A stretch of DNA of 62,181 nucleotides, the filler included, from Sluysia triapertura (Eukaryota): assembly GCA_046118255.1 (NCBI GenBank). It is 5 parts of 5 records of this genome, joined end to end, with 100 filler letters (N's around TTAATTAATTAA, not from the genome) between each part and the next. Parts side by side here need not be neighbours in the genome. Positions count along the whole stretch, not along the records: positions 1 to 11,753 come from JBJNIA010173143.1; positions 11,854 to 27,272 come from JBJNIA010228790.1; 3 more parts are not named here. One strand, given 5' to 3'. Under the pieces are notes generated by a model. It saw only the letters and a program-made list of their open reading frames with translations. It was not told the DNA's origin and ran no database searches. The translations under genes were made by a program, and so were the position numbers. This document shows, one piece after another, positions 1 to 13,914 of this stretch. The first letter of the stretch is position 1. Each line of letters opens with the position of its first letter.

Positions 1-502
1 AACTCATTAACTTTATCAATTACTTTAGAGACGGATGAAATCATATTTCGAAACATATGCATTTGAATTGTCGAATCGGTATATTCGATTATACCATAAT
101 TCACATAATTGTCTTCATCAATTGTTTCATTTAGGTACTTAGGACATAAATCTTTAGATGATTTCGATATGTAATTTTTTTTGACTTGCATAATCACTTT
201 GTTCGGAATTACGTTCCGCCTGATTCTAACATGGGATGGAAATTGTAAATCGTAAGTTATAAGGACTCTGTTCTGCATTAGAAAGCTTTATCAATGCCGA
301 TAACAAAATTTTGACGGTCTGAAACTTGAATTTTAATTGTTGTCTGGTTCTTTTGATTGTTTTGCAATTCAGTACACTAAACCTTTTTATTATCAGTATT
401 AAATTTCCAATTGCTAATATTACTATAAAATTTTTAATTGCTGATGTTACTGTAAAATTTTTAATTGTCTGGAATCTATTTTTGTCTTCGTTTTCTAGAC
501 AT
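1..502 (-). pseudogene. Decayed intronless cargo ORF downstream of the element promoter; weak Unkempt ZF1-ZF2-like similarity
   Basis: ATG at ~502 is followed by ~24-bp repeats (QQLKILQ-like, with CAA>TAA stops). A frame from ATG 278 stays open to the window edge: ...HVRIRRNVIPNKVIMQVKKNYISKSSKDLCPKYLNE..., loosely like Unkempt RRRRSIRRRDGTFNYSPDVYCTKY. Confidence 0.4.
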
Positions 503-559
503 TTTTAATTGTGAATTGTCTGTAAAACTTGTTATTATTTTTAATCCAGACGAGATCTT

Positions 560-799
560 TCATTTGTCATCCAATCGAGGACGTGAAATCATTAATGCAT
601 ATTTAGCCTCGGTTGGATGAAATTTAATAGGTAAGTTTTGATGAATATGACTGATCACTGACTATCATCGATGCTGACAGTCCAATGAAAGTTATACTTA
701 GGCTGTCATCGTAGGTGATGGCAGCAACCAGTTAAATCGACTTTAATTAAATTTTTAATTTGTTTTATTTTCAGGCACACCGATGGAAATGATAATAAA

Positions 800-851
<52 letters not shown>

Positions 852-1740
852 TTAGTAGTAGTAAAAATGATGGAATTATTGTTATTATTATTACTACAAA
901 GCTTTTTAAAGAAATAAACGCATAAATCTTTGAATCTTTGAAACACATGATCTGTTCTTTTATATAATCTTATCTTTTCTGACATATAAGAATGAAATAA
1001 AAAGGAGAAAGACAAATGTACTGTGAAGGAGCAACAACAACTAAGTGTAAGATGTATCGTTTGTGGTTGTTGCTTCACAGTATAATAATAAAATCTTTAA
1101 AGTTATTTGGAATTTGTTTTGAAAACGTGTAATGATTAAAGTTGTAAATGAATGAATAATGTTAGGATAATTTGTTGGTACTTATTAAAAGGTTTATAGT
1201 TTGAAAACAAGATTTGTGCATTAGATTTAATGGTTTGGAATGTTTGTTAAAAGGTTGAAGTTGTTTTAATCTTTAATGATGATTACAAAATAAATCTTAG
1301 TGTATTATAATATTGTTACTGGCAAGCATTAACGATGAATATGCGCATGTGGAGTGTATTTTGGTTGGTGTAGTAGGTTGGAGGTTTTGATGTAGATGAT
1401 CTATTTTTCAAAGATAATTGTTAGAGTTGTTTGACAAAACTATTATTTTAGGGTTTGTGAAGGTTTCTCTTATGATTGTGATTTGTTTGTTGAAATATTT
1501 AATGCATGAATGTTATGAATTGTTTGAGGTAAAATATAGAAGTTTATTGTGTGATAGGTGGTTGAGATATTAGTTAATGAAGTGTTGTGATTATTGAATG
1601 TTGTTTTATGATGTTTGTGTTGGTGTACTTGAGAAGTAAAAAGTATGATTATTGTGAAGATTGCATTTTGATGAAATTTGATTTATGAATATTGGTTTTT
1701 ATGTTTTGATTTGGTTTAGCAATGAGTGTTGACCACTACA
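560..1740 (-). mobile_element. LTR-like terminal region of the cargo-carrying element family (copy 1)
   Basis: Minus strand starts TGTAGTGGTCAAC at 1740. It is followed by ~650 nt of strand-asymmetric CA-rich sequence, an (ATT)n tract and a CCAAT/TGACAG-rich block at 560-735. The same order recurs at 20620 (+) and 53180 (-). Confidence 0.65.
802..850. repeat. (AAT)n microsatellite
   Basis: Near-perfect trinucleotide run; it explains the poly-L/poly-I ORFs 706..948 and 755..1078. Confidence 0.95.
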
Positions 1741-4700
1741 ATTATTTGTTATATATAAGAAATAATCATGACAATGATCTATGACAACGTTATGGAAATT
1801 CGGAATATCTTTTGGAAATTTTAAAAATTCCGGAAACCAAAATGAATATATCTTAAAGATTTAACAACTTATGCAGAATATACAATGATATTAAGATAGG
1901 TTGTAGGTTAATATACTATTTATGTTTCAAAAATATGGAACCAAGTATTAGAGAATGTTAAATTACCGAAAGATTATGAAATATTTAAGGAAAATGGTAA
2001 TTATTGATTAATGTTAAGAACTTTTCAGCACTTATTTTATATAAATTAATATATTAATAATAATTTTTATAAATTATTTCTTATCTTTAAATATATACTA
2101 AATACCATTGATATTTATAATGTAATTAATTATTCATTGAATAATTATTTAAAAATTCAAATATCAATATAATAATTTCATTAATTTAAATAATTAAATA
2201 ATTTTCCTTTTAAAATGGCAATTTTAATATTTCTAAAATTGAAATAAAACACTAAAAAAAGAAATAAAGTAATAAAATTTATTTCCAAAGTCTAGTCATA
2301 ATAAATTATTAATTTCTTTCATTAGAATTAATTTGAATTCTTGAAATTAATTTTATTTTCTTGTTAATAAAATCATAAGATTGTTAATAATAATGACAAT
2401 AACATTGTTAATAATAATGATAATAATAATAATACCTTAAAATGTAAATTAAGTATTAAAATTTAAATTAAAATTAAAAGAACAAAAAAGATTTTAATTT
2501 TTTTTTAAAACTTCAAAAAGAAAAAGCATGAAATATGTACATTTAGTCACGATTTTTGTTTTAAATAAAAGATAAAATGAAAATATACTTTTGCCAATTA
2601 AATGTAAATGTAAAAGTATCGGTTTTATTATATAATTAATTATATAAAAATATGATAAGTAATTCATTTTAAAAATTATTCATATCATTTCAAAGCATTT
2701 TGATTAATAAATCATGCATATCTTTATGGTAATTTTCAAATATTCAGTTATATTTTGAATTTATATGATCATATAGTCATGTATGATAGAACGGTTCATA
2801 CAATAATATAACGGTTCCACAATGTAACTGTAAAATCGAAATTTATCTATTAACTGAAGAAGAAGAAGAAGATTATAACTGTTTATGAATGATATTAGAA
2901 GCAGCAAGAACATATTTGAATAAAGTATTAAAATTGTTTATTTTGTAAAATATGATTATTTATTATTTAATGCTTTATTTATATTATTTAAATATATTCC
3001 AGATGTTTTTTTATTCAAATCTTATAATTTCTATGAATTTGAATTATCTTTTTACAGTCGATTAAATAAAATCTAAAAATATATTTAAAATTAATTATGA
3101 CATTATCTTTTATTAATTTTGTGTTGCAAAAATTTATTTTAAATCCCTTAATTGACAATAACTTTATAAATCTTAAAAAATACTTAACGTAAAAGACGTA
3201 TTGTTAGTTCAGGATAATTTCTCAAAAAAGATTCTTATTTCCAATGATTATAATTCACATTCTTCTCACTAAACAACCCTTGAATTACAATGATAAATTA
3301 GTGACCCTCTTTTTTATATCTGTAGCATATCTAAAACTACAAATGATGAATTTATATAATTAAGAAATATTCTATTACTAATAAATTCAATTTAAAATGG
3401 TTACTTTTTATTAAGTTTACAATAGAACGAAGCATGATCATTCAGTTAGACAGATTTACCCTATTCCGTTATAGCATTGCAATTTTAGAACTAAATATGT
3501 TCTACAGTTTTTGATAATTAATACTGTTCTACGTATACATTGAATAAATAAATAATATGCTGTCAATTGGTAGACACAAATAATGTATAGGCAATGATGG
3601 TTTTGTCAATGAATGAATAATTTACCGACAATTTTAAATAATAAATCTACTATTAATTGTGATGTATCTTTTTATAATTTTTAAAAAATAAAATTAAATA
3701 AATACATGAAATAATTATTATATTAAAAATAGTTTATTTACTAAACAATTTCGATAGATAAACAAAATTGTTTATACATTTTTTGAAAATAAATATTTAT
3801 TAACTAATTTCAAATATCTGAAATGATTTTAATTACAACAGACAATTGATAACGCTTAAAGTTTTAATTAATAAAACAAATTTAAATTTTATGGATTTAT
3901 CTATCATTATATATTTTTAGATTAACAAATAATTTTTGTAATAACTTTTAAAAACATTTATAAAAAATTGTACTATAAATAAATATTTAAAACTTTGATT
4001 TTATTTATGTTTATTAATATATACTGTTATAATTAAGATATTTATATATATTATATCGTTATAAAACAAAAATAGAGTTACTTTTCCAAAAATGAAACCT
4101 AAAATCCTGGAATTTTGGCCAATTTCCATTGATTTTGATTGGCTAATGACTTATTTATTATTCGAAATTTTGGACAATTTAATAATGTTTAATAATTCGA
4201 GGAATTTTATTTATATTGTTGTTTTTAGAAAAATATTTATAAATTATTAAGTTTTTGTTTAAATTGTAAAGCCGATTTCACGCACTCCATGTACTTACTA
4301 ATATACAAGTACATACTAATACATGTACATACTAATATACAAGTAACTTAAATTAATAACTTGTTTTTAATCCCTAATTTACTGCGGATTAAAATCCTTT
4401 TTTATAATACATATATTAAAATAAAAGACCCAAGAAAGGCTTTTATTATAAAATGTCTCTATTATTTTATTCTTTTGTTTATTCAGATCATAATTACAGA
4501 GTTTTATAATCAACTTTCATATTAACTTTGTTACTTGTTTAAAATTATGCAAATCAAAGTTGTTCCAAAAAGATTGATAACATTGTGGTAAATTTAGTTT
4601 GCCTTCTAAATTATTGCATAAATTAGAATCCTTCGTGTAATTAAATAAGATAAATACAAAGATACTAATACTAACTGTGACATAGAATAGAATAGACCCT

Positions 4701-7700
4701 CAAAAATATTTGCTACATTAATTGGTAGAAAAAAATATTAGTTAAAGGTGTCACTTCATATCATAAGTGGTATACTGTAGCCGCAGGTTAAAAATAAATA
4801 TTATATTATAAATAATATATGTTATCATAAATATTATAAATAAAATATAATAATAAATATTAAAAATAAACCACAACAATATTAATGCTTAAAGAAAATT
4901 AAAGTCACAAAAGAATATTCGAAGAAACATCATAGCGCATTTTAAAAGCATTTATGTAACTTGATAAATCAAATAAAATGTATCGGAAATAATGGTTATA
5001 GTTTAATAACTAAAATGAGTCATTTATTTCAATCGTTTTTAAATAAAAGTAAAAATTGTATTTATGATAAATTTCTTAGAAAACATATTTTTTGAATAAC
5101 CAGTGTAATTTTTACATATGAAAAAACAATTTCATGTATTTGACTGACTCACAATTAGTTTCTGGTTTTTCTCTTAAAATTGTACGATTCTAAAAGAATT
5201 TGGACTTTTCATCTTTTAAATATATTGCAAATAAAGCCTGAAGTAAGTAAACATGAATTACGTTACTGAAAATTATATTGTGCTACACATTCATAAACAG
5301 TTATGTTTAACTTGAGTACGTTCTTCAAAATTTATCTCGTTTATCATATTTATGAGTTACATTCATTATACAATGAGTGTACATTTATATAAATTTATAT
5401 ATGTTAACAAAATATATGTTTTGTTGTAATATATTTTTATTTAATCAAACATCAGATTAATGTAGATGAAACTGAATATATATCACTAATAAGTACTTTT
5501 ATGTTGCAAAGAAAGAAATGAAAATAAGCATTCGAAGATTTAAGTTGTACATATAAAAATGAAATCCCAAGCAAATACTAGGCGATAGATTAAGAAATTT
5601 AGAATGGTAGAATGTCTTGTTTTAATGAAAACCAAGCTTGGTGACTGCTGTAAACTTGCACTATAATAAATATGAGAAAAATGATAAATCAATTAGAACT
5701 AAGCCAATTAAAAATTTCGCTATATATCTATTAATAAGGCATAAATTTGAATTATTTCAAGATACAACCAAAATATTTCTATTTTGAAATTATGAAAGAT
5801 CTCGTAACATGGTGAAAAAGTGGGTAAAAAAGAAACGGTTTTTTTAATTTGATAAATTGTGAAATTATGTATTAATATTTATGTTCAATAATGTTAGACG
5901 CATTACTTAAAGAACGTACAAATTATATTGTGCACTTCATTATTATTATTATTATCATTATTATTATTATTATGACGTGTTAATAAACTTTAATTAATTT
6001 AATTAAAATTTAAAATGAAAATAAAATTAAAATTTATTTTAAAATTAAACTTAAAATTTTAGTATAAAATTAATTTAATATTTGAATTCTTTCTTTTAGT
6101 TTTATATAATTTTAATTTAAAATAAAAATTATTAAATATTAGTATAATTTATACAATTTCTTTATTTAATTTTAATTTTTTAATTTAAAATATAAACATT
6201 TCAATAAATAATTTTATATTAATTCTATTTATTTTCTATTTATTCTATTATTATGTTATATTTTTTATTTTAGGACATTTTTATTCAGTATTTTTCTAAA
6301 ATTATAAATGAAATTTATAATAATAATTCTTATTATTAGTGAATAGATTATTTTAAGAAACATTATTTTTTGGTATTAGAAGATGATTTGGTGAATAATT
6401 GCGTTATCACTGAATGGTTTTAATTAAAGATATTTATACAAAATAAATTTTATTATTAAGATTATTATTATTGTGTTGAATTGATATTTTTTAAAAATTC
6501 TTATATAAGAGAATAATTTTATTCCATAAAACTATATTTCAACAATGACAACAAAATTAGTTTATGTAACATTTTTAATCAGACTAATTATAATCATAAA
6601 AAATAAACATTAGCCTTAATACTTTTGTAAATTTTAATTTCTTTTAAGAATATGCTTTGTTTATAAAATGCTATTGTTGAATTTTTTTTTGATTTTTAGA
6701 GGTCTATTTTTAAAAGTCTTATTTCAATGGAAAACAATATTAAAAATAAATATTTTAATCCTTAATATTTTGTTGTTTTTCTTTATATTATGTATTAAAC
6801 ACACAATTTTGCTTTCGAATTATCCGAATATTCTGATGAAATCAAAATCAATGATCTTTTATTTACCTTTTTAGCTAGTCGAATGTTTGTTTATATCATA
6901 TTTTTGTTTGCTCATCCCAGACTCTAAAATATGAATATTAAATAATCTTATATCTACACATATATTTACCAAAATTATACTTGAAATATTATTTGATTAT
7001 TAATTAGATTTTTCTTGATATATAAAGTGATTTATTTTTTATTTTTATAAGTAAATTAAAATTATTAAAAAGTAATATAGTTATAAGATTAATCTGAAAT
7101 TTACTAATTTAAGCTTTGAATCTAACTTAATTATTGACGAATTTTTTATTTGATTTATTAAACAATATAATTTAAACAATAATTTTGATTCAAACTTTAT
7201 CAAAAGTTTTGACGTAATATCAAATGCTGACTCATTATTTTAAAAATTAAATTTAGAAATAAAATTTGGATTTGTCAGTACAATTCATATTTAAATAACA
7301 TTTATTTAATTTTTAAATAAATAATGTAATTGTTTTAATTTGTTTTTTAATTATAATTAGTACAAGTATGGAAAATACGGAAACATAGAGTAGCATAGAG
7401 AACAAGATTATAATCGATGCACATAATTGATGTCTTTTTATTGAACTTCGAGAGGTGCTAGAGAGTTAAATTATGTTTAAAATTATAGATTCTTGATGCT
7501 TGATTTTTAAAAATAACCATATCGAAAAATTCCGCTCAGTTTAAAAGTTATCGATTTGTCCGTATGTCTTATGGCTAATATAATAATAATAAAAATATTC
7601 AATATGGAAAATGTAGTTTATAAAAAAATTCAAACCTCACACACAATTACTAAAAATAGACAAATAAAAATCAAAAATCGGAATACTCATGACACAACTC

Positions 7701-8191
7701 TATACAAAATTCAATAAATTTTCACATCATAATAATGATAATACTTACATTAACATTTCCACTGCAACATAAAATTTAATATTGATATTATAATGTAAAA
7801 CATTATTATTATCATATTCTTTTGAATAATGTATACATGCTTCATGATCTAAATGTATATTATTATCTTTGATAAAATTAAATTTAGAATTTTTAGATTA
7901 TTATTTTGTTAAATTTGACCAACTAAAATTTGAAATCTTTATTCACATTTTCTGTAAATACATTATTTCCAATCTAATATTATTTTATATTTTATTTGTA
8001 TAATTACAATTTAATTAGAATAACCTACTTTAAACGAACAAAAATATACAATATTGAAACTGTGGATTATTTATCATTTTTTTTAATTTTAAATTACATC
8101 TATATTTATAAACTAATTTTTTCGTATCATTTATTTTTAATATTACGAATGGTTCAAAGTTTATAAGATTTTTAATACATTCAATGAAATT

Positions 8192-8800
8192 TTATTTTAT
8201 TTTATAATTCATAAAACAAAGACAAAATTTATTCATTTTTATAAAATTTTTAACATGTAAACTTAAATTTTGTTCTGTGTCGGGAAGTGCCATCAAAGAT
8301 AATATCAGTTCGTGGATTCTACGATGGTGATTTGTCAACTCTGACGTCCAACCAAAAATATCTACGATTTTAGACGTATTATGTGAATACAAACAATTAC
8401 TGCCGAATTTTGAACACTTCCAACTTTGGGTCGTACCGTATAGACACAAACCGGACTTGAAGATTGTTGTTCGTTTTTGTTATGTACAGGACTGATGGAA
8501 TCATTTGAATTCTGGTTGTAAAAATATCACGATCAATGATGAAGTCTATCTATATGTGCAACTTTATCCGAGTAAAAGTTTTAGATTCTAAATCTAATTT
8601 TTGAGGATTGTATGAAAAGGAATTTGTAGAATTTAACTTCATTTCTCTATCACTAATTTTACTATTGATATGTGTCAATACATCCGGCTTTCATCGATAA
8701 TACTTGAATTGTATCTAATAATTCGCAAGCTTCAATCATTTGTTTATTTGATATTCTTGTCTCTTTAGGCTTTATACAACATTCATTGATAACTATAACT
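8192..8800 (-). pseudogene. Unkempt-like CCCH zinc-finger cassette (frameshifted), directly downstream of the E(z) fragment
   Basis: FKSGLCLYGTTQSWKCSKFGSNCLYSH is C-x9-C-x6-C-x3-H (8381-8446), the spacing of Unkempt ZF3 as recalled (YKTGxCIHETDxxGxCxKNGLHCAFAHG). An upstream FIIDRDIF motif is shared with the 51.6 kb copy. Confidence 0.6.
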
Positions 8801-8809
8801 GTATTACAG

Positions 8810-9675
8810 TAGGATGGCTTATTATACATTGAACTTGGTGATCTGCATGGATACATAATAATAATGATCGGAATGTATGGGTTATTTTATCACGACTGTG
8901 CCATAATATTTTACTACTTACTACGGTATTCGTTACTTTTGTGTTATCTTTAAATTTTATTTCTAACTTCGTCATTTCTGACTCATTATCAAAATTCGGT
9001 GTCACTTTGTATGCAACGTGTTCATTTGAACTAAAAATATCTAAATAACGATTTATTAATTTATATTTCTTATATATTTGTTGGACATACGGTAGCAGTT
9101 CGATCTAATACTTTAAAACTTAATAATAATAAACTTAATAATTAATAACATCAATATTCTTTAAATAAACACTAAATAATCTTTCATCAAAATTAAAAGG
9201 AAAATTTACATACAATTTACCTTTGTAATTATTTAAAAATTCATCAATAAATTTTACATCATGTTCATCACTCATGTAAAGAATATTTGTTAATTTAGTT
9301 TCATCTTCCACGCAAAAGTTTTGTTGTAATGGAGTCCAACTAAACATATATGGACGTTTTACAGCATGATTTAATAATTTTACACAACTACGGTATAATT
9401 TATTATTGCTTTTAATTTCAACATCATTATGTTCAATATAAAATTTAAGAAAACGAATTTTTTCTATAAAAGGTTTTAGATCACTGATTTGGCGTAATTT
9501 TGCCGATTCTTGCTCAATAAATTCAAAATTTTCTATTAATAATCCATCTGCATCACTTCGCCTCTTAGCAACAGTATAATTCTTTAATCTATTACATCCT
9601 TCTTGAACTATATCAATTATTTCGTCAGCTACTATTGTAGTTTTAAGTTCATACGATTTTTCAACTTGTGCTCAT
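8810..9675 (-). pseudogene. Intronless E(z)/EZH1/2 N-terminal fragment (SBD-EBD-BAM-SAL-SRM-SANT1, start of MCSS); no CXC or SET domain
   Basis: The open frame 9671-9135 contains VKLLNHAVKRPYMFSWTPLQQNFCVEDETKLTNILYMSDEHDVKFIDEFLNNYKGKL, versus EZH2 [60 protein letters not shown]. After stops/frameshifts come VTPNFD and SRDKITHTFRSLLLC, versus CTPNID and QREQSLHSFHTLFC. The ATG at 9675 is one base out of frame. Confidence 0.88.
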
Positions 9676-11753
9676 TAAATATTTTATTTTTTTAGCGTAT
9701 TTTAAATTTTTGTCATTAATTCAGTTGTTACTAATTATAGTGTCGTGGAATGTGATTTTATGTAGAGTGTGTTGAATTAAATTTAAAATATTTCAATTAA
9801 TTTTTAAAGTACCTCTTTGTTGATTTTCAATGTTGAGTATGATATTGATGTTATGGAATTTTATGTCTAAAGTGTTTAAAAATAGAAAAAAATTGTGAAA
9901 TATTATGAAAGGTGATTTTGTTATGTAGTGATGAAGTAAAACTCCAAAGCAATGGGTTAAATTTTATAATAATAATATTGGTAAATTTATTTATTTTAAT
10001 TATTTATAATTATTTAAGTTCAAGTTATGTTACTTTCTCAAACAAAATTAATGAAGTTAGTAAATTTTGCTACAAAATATTTTAATAATTATTGTTTTCT
10101 TTCGTTTAATTATATTCTTAAATTAAGTAAGATGATTTATTAATTATTTAATTTTTTTATAATTAAAAAAAGAATTCATTATTAAATTATTAAATAATTT
10201 TTATTTTGTTCATTTGCTTTGCATATTTTTGTTGTTCTAGAAAAAGATAGTTGACGATTTAACAATGAATGAACTTTAAGATATTATTTTAAGTAACGTG
10301 TTTCATAAATGTACAAACAAAATGTTCAAATCAATTTCATTATATCATTAAAAAGCATAAATGACACTTTTAAAGATTAATATACAAAACATCATTACAA
10401 TCTCACCGAAGTTGCCAATTTATTATTTAAATATCTACTAATAAACATATTTTACACCTAAAGCAACACTTTTTAGAAAATGTTACAATATTATTCATTT
10501 TAATCCAATTTGCATCTCAAAAATTAAAGAAAAAATTATAAATTTCACATTACAATAATATTACAAATTGCCAAAACTATAAAAATAATTAGAGAAAAGT
10601 CTACATTTATTGGAATATTAATATTTTAAGGTATTATATTTGTGCAAAAATTAATATTAGTTAGCATTATTTTATAATATGTTTGGTCATAATACTATTT
10701 ATGTACATTCATGTTGTAGTTATGTGTTGTTTTACGCATATTAGTATTCATCTTTTTCATTTCCATTTAGGTGAAATTAGTACATTTCTTCGTATTCCTG
10801 GTGCTGCCATATTTTTGTACATTTGACTACGTTTTTAGTTCCACTTTTATTATTCTATCATTCATATTCGTTTATTTATTTTGATGTTACGAAAATATTC
10901 CCCGATTTATTTTATAAATATTTCATAAATTTAAAAGTATTATTTCATAATTTTCTAAATAATCGTACAAAAAGACTTAATAAAATTTAATACCAAAGTC
11001 AATGTTAGTAAGATAAAAATATATACTGAAAAACAAAACATACAAATTAATAAAAATAGTTTTATCTGGAAATATTCCATTACTTTAAATTATTTACATA
11101 AATTCCTAAAAGATTTTTCTTTAAAGGATCAATGAATTTTAGAAATACAATTTATTATTAGATTTATTATTGTAAGAAATAATTATTCTATTTAAAGTTG
11201 CTTTAGAAAATTGAGCTGTAATACTAAACCTAATTAGACAAATGAATCATTACTTTTATTTTAGATTTTCGATTAATGTTTCAGTAAGAATAGTTTTCCA
11301 TTTTAAATAAATACAGAAAATAATCAAAGTTAAGAAAAAATATAATGAAAATATCAATATTTTAAAAGTTCACAGAAAATGTGTTTTTCTTTTCTCATCA
11401 CAACTTTTGAATAGTCAGTTAATGAATCTTCGTGGATTTCTTAAATTCAGAAGTTTTACTTTTATCGTTCATAATATATGTATAATTAAAATATTCCTAT
11501 ATATTTTTCTATATTTTATATATTTTTCAATTTTCTAATAAACATTAATTGATTACTGAAATTTTTTATTGGCTTCAGAACTGATTTTGTTTGATTATTT
11601 TTTTTCATTTTATTCAATAATTTAAGTAAACAAAATTTTATTTATAACTTTTTCCATTTTGAATCTTTGTGCGTCAAAATTTTTGTATTTAATTAAATTA
11701 AATACAATTTGTAAAATATAATTTGTATTTAATTATAATTAAAATTATAAAAT

Positions 11754-11853
11754 NNNNNNNNNNNNNNNNNNNNNNNNNNNNNNNNNNNNNNNNNNNNTTA
11801 ATTAATTAANNNNNNNNNNNNNNNNNNNNNNNNNNNNNNNNNNNNNNNNNNNN
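11754..11853. other. Artificial scaffold linker (N44-TTAATTAATTAA-N44)
   Basis: Six-frame stop linker inside Ns; an identical 100-nt structure occurs four times in the window. Confidence 0.97.
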
Positions 11854-11859
11854 TAATTA

Positions 11860-12450
11860 AGTTAATTAAGATTTTTAATTAATTAATATATTTTTAGACT
11901 TAATCTTATTTTATGTTTAAAGGTTTTATTGAGGTTTTAAAGTTATTTGATAGTTTTTAAGGCACTTAGGAGGCTCTAGATGTTTTCATCTTCACCTCTC
12001 TGGTTCCTTTTTCTACCTCATCATGTTAATTATTACTATGTTAAACTTATCTTTATTATCTTGAATAATGACTTCATCTCTTAAATATTTCGAAGGTTCC
12101 GTACACTCTATGATATTGCTCGAAGATCTTAGATGCTCAATAAGGTTTCAAGATTACTCAAAAGTTAATAAGGTCTCAAATGATCCAAAAGTTCTAAAGC
12201 TTTAAAGGTACCCCCAATGCTTCTAAAGGTTTTCAAGTCCATCTCAAGCTTCCATAAGATCTCAAGCCCTTATATAGGTCATTGGAACCTTAAGATATTC
12301 TTTAACTGTTAGGATCATTATAAATATTTTCTTTATCATGATTCTTATTTCAATAATGTTCAATCCATTACTTCTCATCAATTCTTCCTTCATTTGTAAT
12401 TCTATGTCTTTTACTCGTCTCCTAATCCACAGTTGGACAATCCCAACAGT
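11860..12450 (-). repeat. Dispersed LTR-like repeat, family B (copy 1)
   Basis: Shares TTTAAAGGTTTTA...AGGAGGCTCTAGA...CTTCACC.CTCTG.TTCCTTTT and the end motif TGGACAATCCCA with 60670-60975. Confidence 0.7.
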
Positions 12451-13914
12451 ATGTTACACCATCTTTCATTCAGTATATAGCTTTTCCAAAAATGTCACTT
12501 TAATTCATAGTTATTTTAGAAAATATTAATATAATTAAGTTAATTAACAATGTACTTTTATCACTTTTATACCTTAAAACACATTTCAATGTTTTTATAG
12601 CCTTTTCTTTTTCTGTCTAAAATGACTTATTGTTTCCTTTATTAACTATTATTACAAATTTTATGATTAATTATATAATAAATTATTATTGTTATTGTCA
12701 TTATTATTATTAATTTTAGTAGTTCGTCCACAGTATTTTTTTCTCTATATATTAATGCTGAGTACCACATCTTTGAATTTAGAAAAAAATTATAAAATAA
12801 CACAAAGAATTTATTTTATTACACTGTCAACAAACAACGAGTTTCAAAAGGTATTATAATAAAAAGGGGTTCACCTAATATACTTTCTGTAAACATTATA
12901 ATTGATTTTATGGTAATTTTAAATTACCTTCAAAGAGATTAATTAATTTTGTTGGATCGCAGATTAATTAATTTTGTTGGATCGCTCTAATCATTTTATC
13001 ATTTTACATTTGGTCACTTTACATTAATGATTTTGATTTATATTAATAACAATATTTAATTATTTAATTTTTGATATTTTATTATTTTTACTTATGATAT
13101 TATTTATTACGAACATTTAAAAAATGTATATTTTATATTATAAATATTATTTCAATTATAATAAATTTGTTTATGCAAGATTGTTTAAATTATTCATTTT
13201 ATAAATATGGCGATTATTATATGAAATTTACTATATAACGTATCAGTTTGGAATTATTGTAACACAATTTTCAAACACAATTTTGGCATCGAATTGTTCT
13301 CCAAAGGATCTTTGGATATTAATCGAGAAGACTAAATTTCCATGTAGAAATAATTATATATTTTTAAGTTTTCATACAACCATAATTGTAACATAATAGT
13401 GTTCTTTGAAACACACGTAAACTCATTTTTAAACTGGCTATGTTAAAGTCTTAACTAAAATCTATTTTTTATACGACTAAGATGCTCGCGAAGAAGATGT
13501 TGGTGGGGATGAAGGAGAAGAAAGTGATGATGAAGAAGGTGAAAATCCAGTTTATGAAGAACATAATAATGACGAAGAAGATGAAGATAATTATACCCAT
13601 AATGCTGTTGATACCTCACTTCAGGGGAATGGCATATTGGTGATGCAGCTCGTTATGAAAAAGAAGATGTTCCTGATGAAGACGAAGATGATAATGACAA
13701 TGATGATCCAGATGTAGAAGATGACGCCATAGAACAAGATGATGATGATACGGATGATGACACGGAGAGAAGAACAACATATTGATGGCGATGGAGATTG
13801 CACCGCTCGTGGTTTCCATACAGTAGTTGTACTGTGGATGACACACATAATCCTATCAGTGTTACTGCATTTTTGGAACCCGAAGATGGATCTTCAATTG
13901 TTGGAAACAAAGGC

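Noticed and set aside
706-1078. Poly-Leu/poly-Ile ORFs (also 41375-41805, 43683-44184, 55763-55972)
   Set aside because: These are translations of (AAT)n or low-complexity AT-rich DNA.
8810-9675. The functional host E(z) gene
   Set aside because: It has no introns, an out-of-frame ATG, internal stops/frameshifts and no CXC/SET downstream on the scaffold.
12936-12985. Perfect 25-bp tandem duplication
   Set aside because: A simple local duplication or assembly artefact with no further structure.
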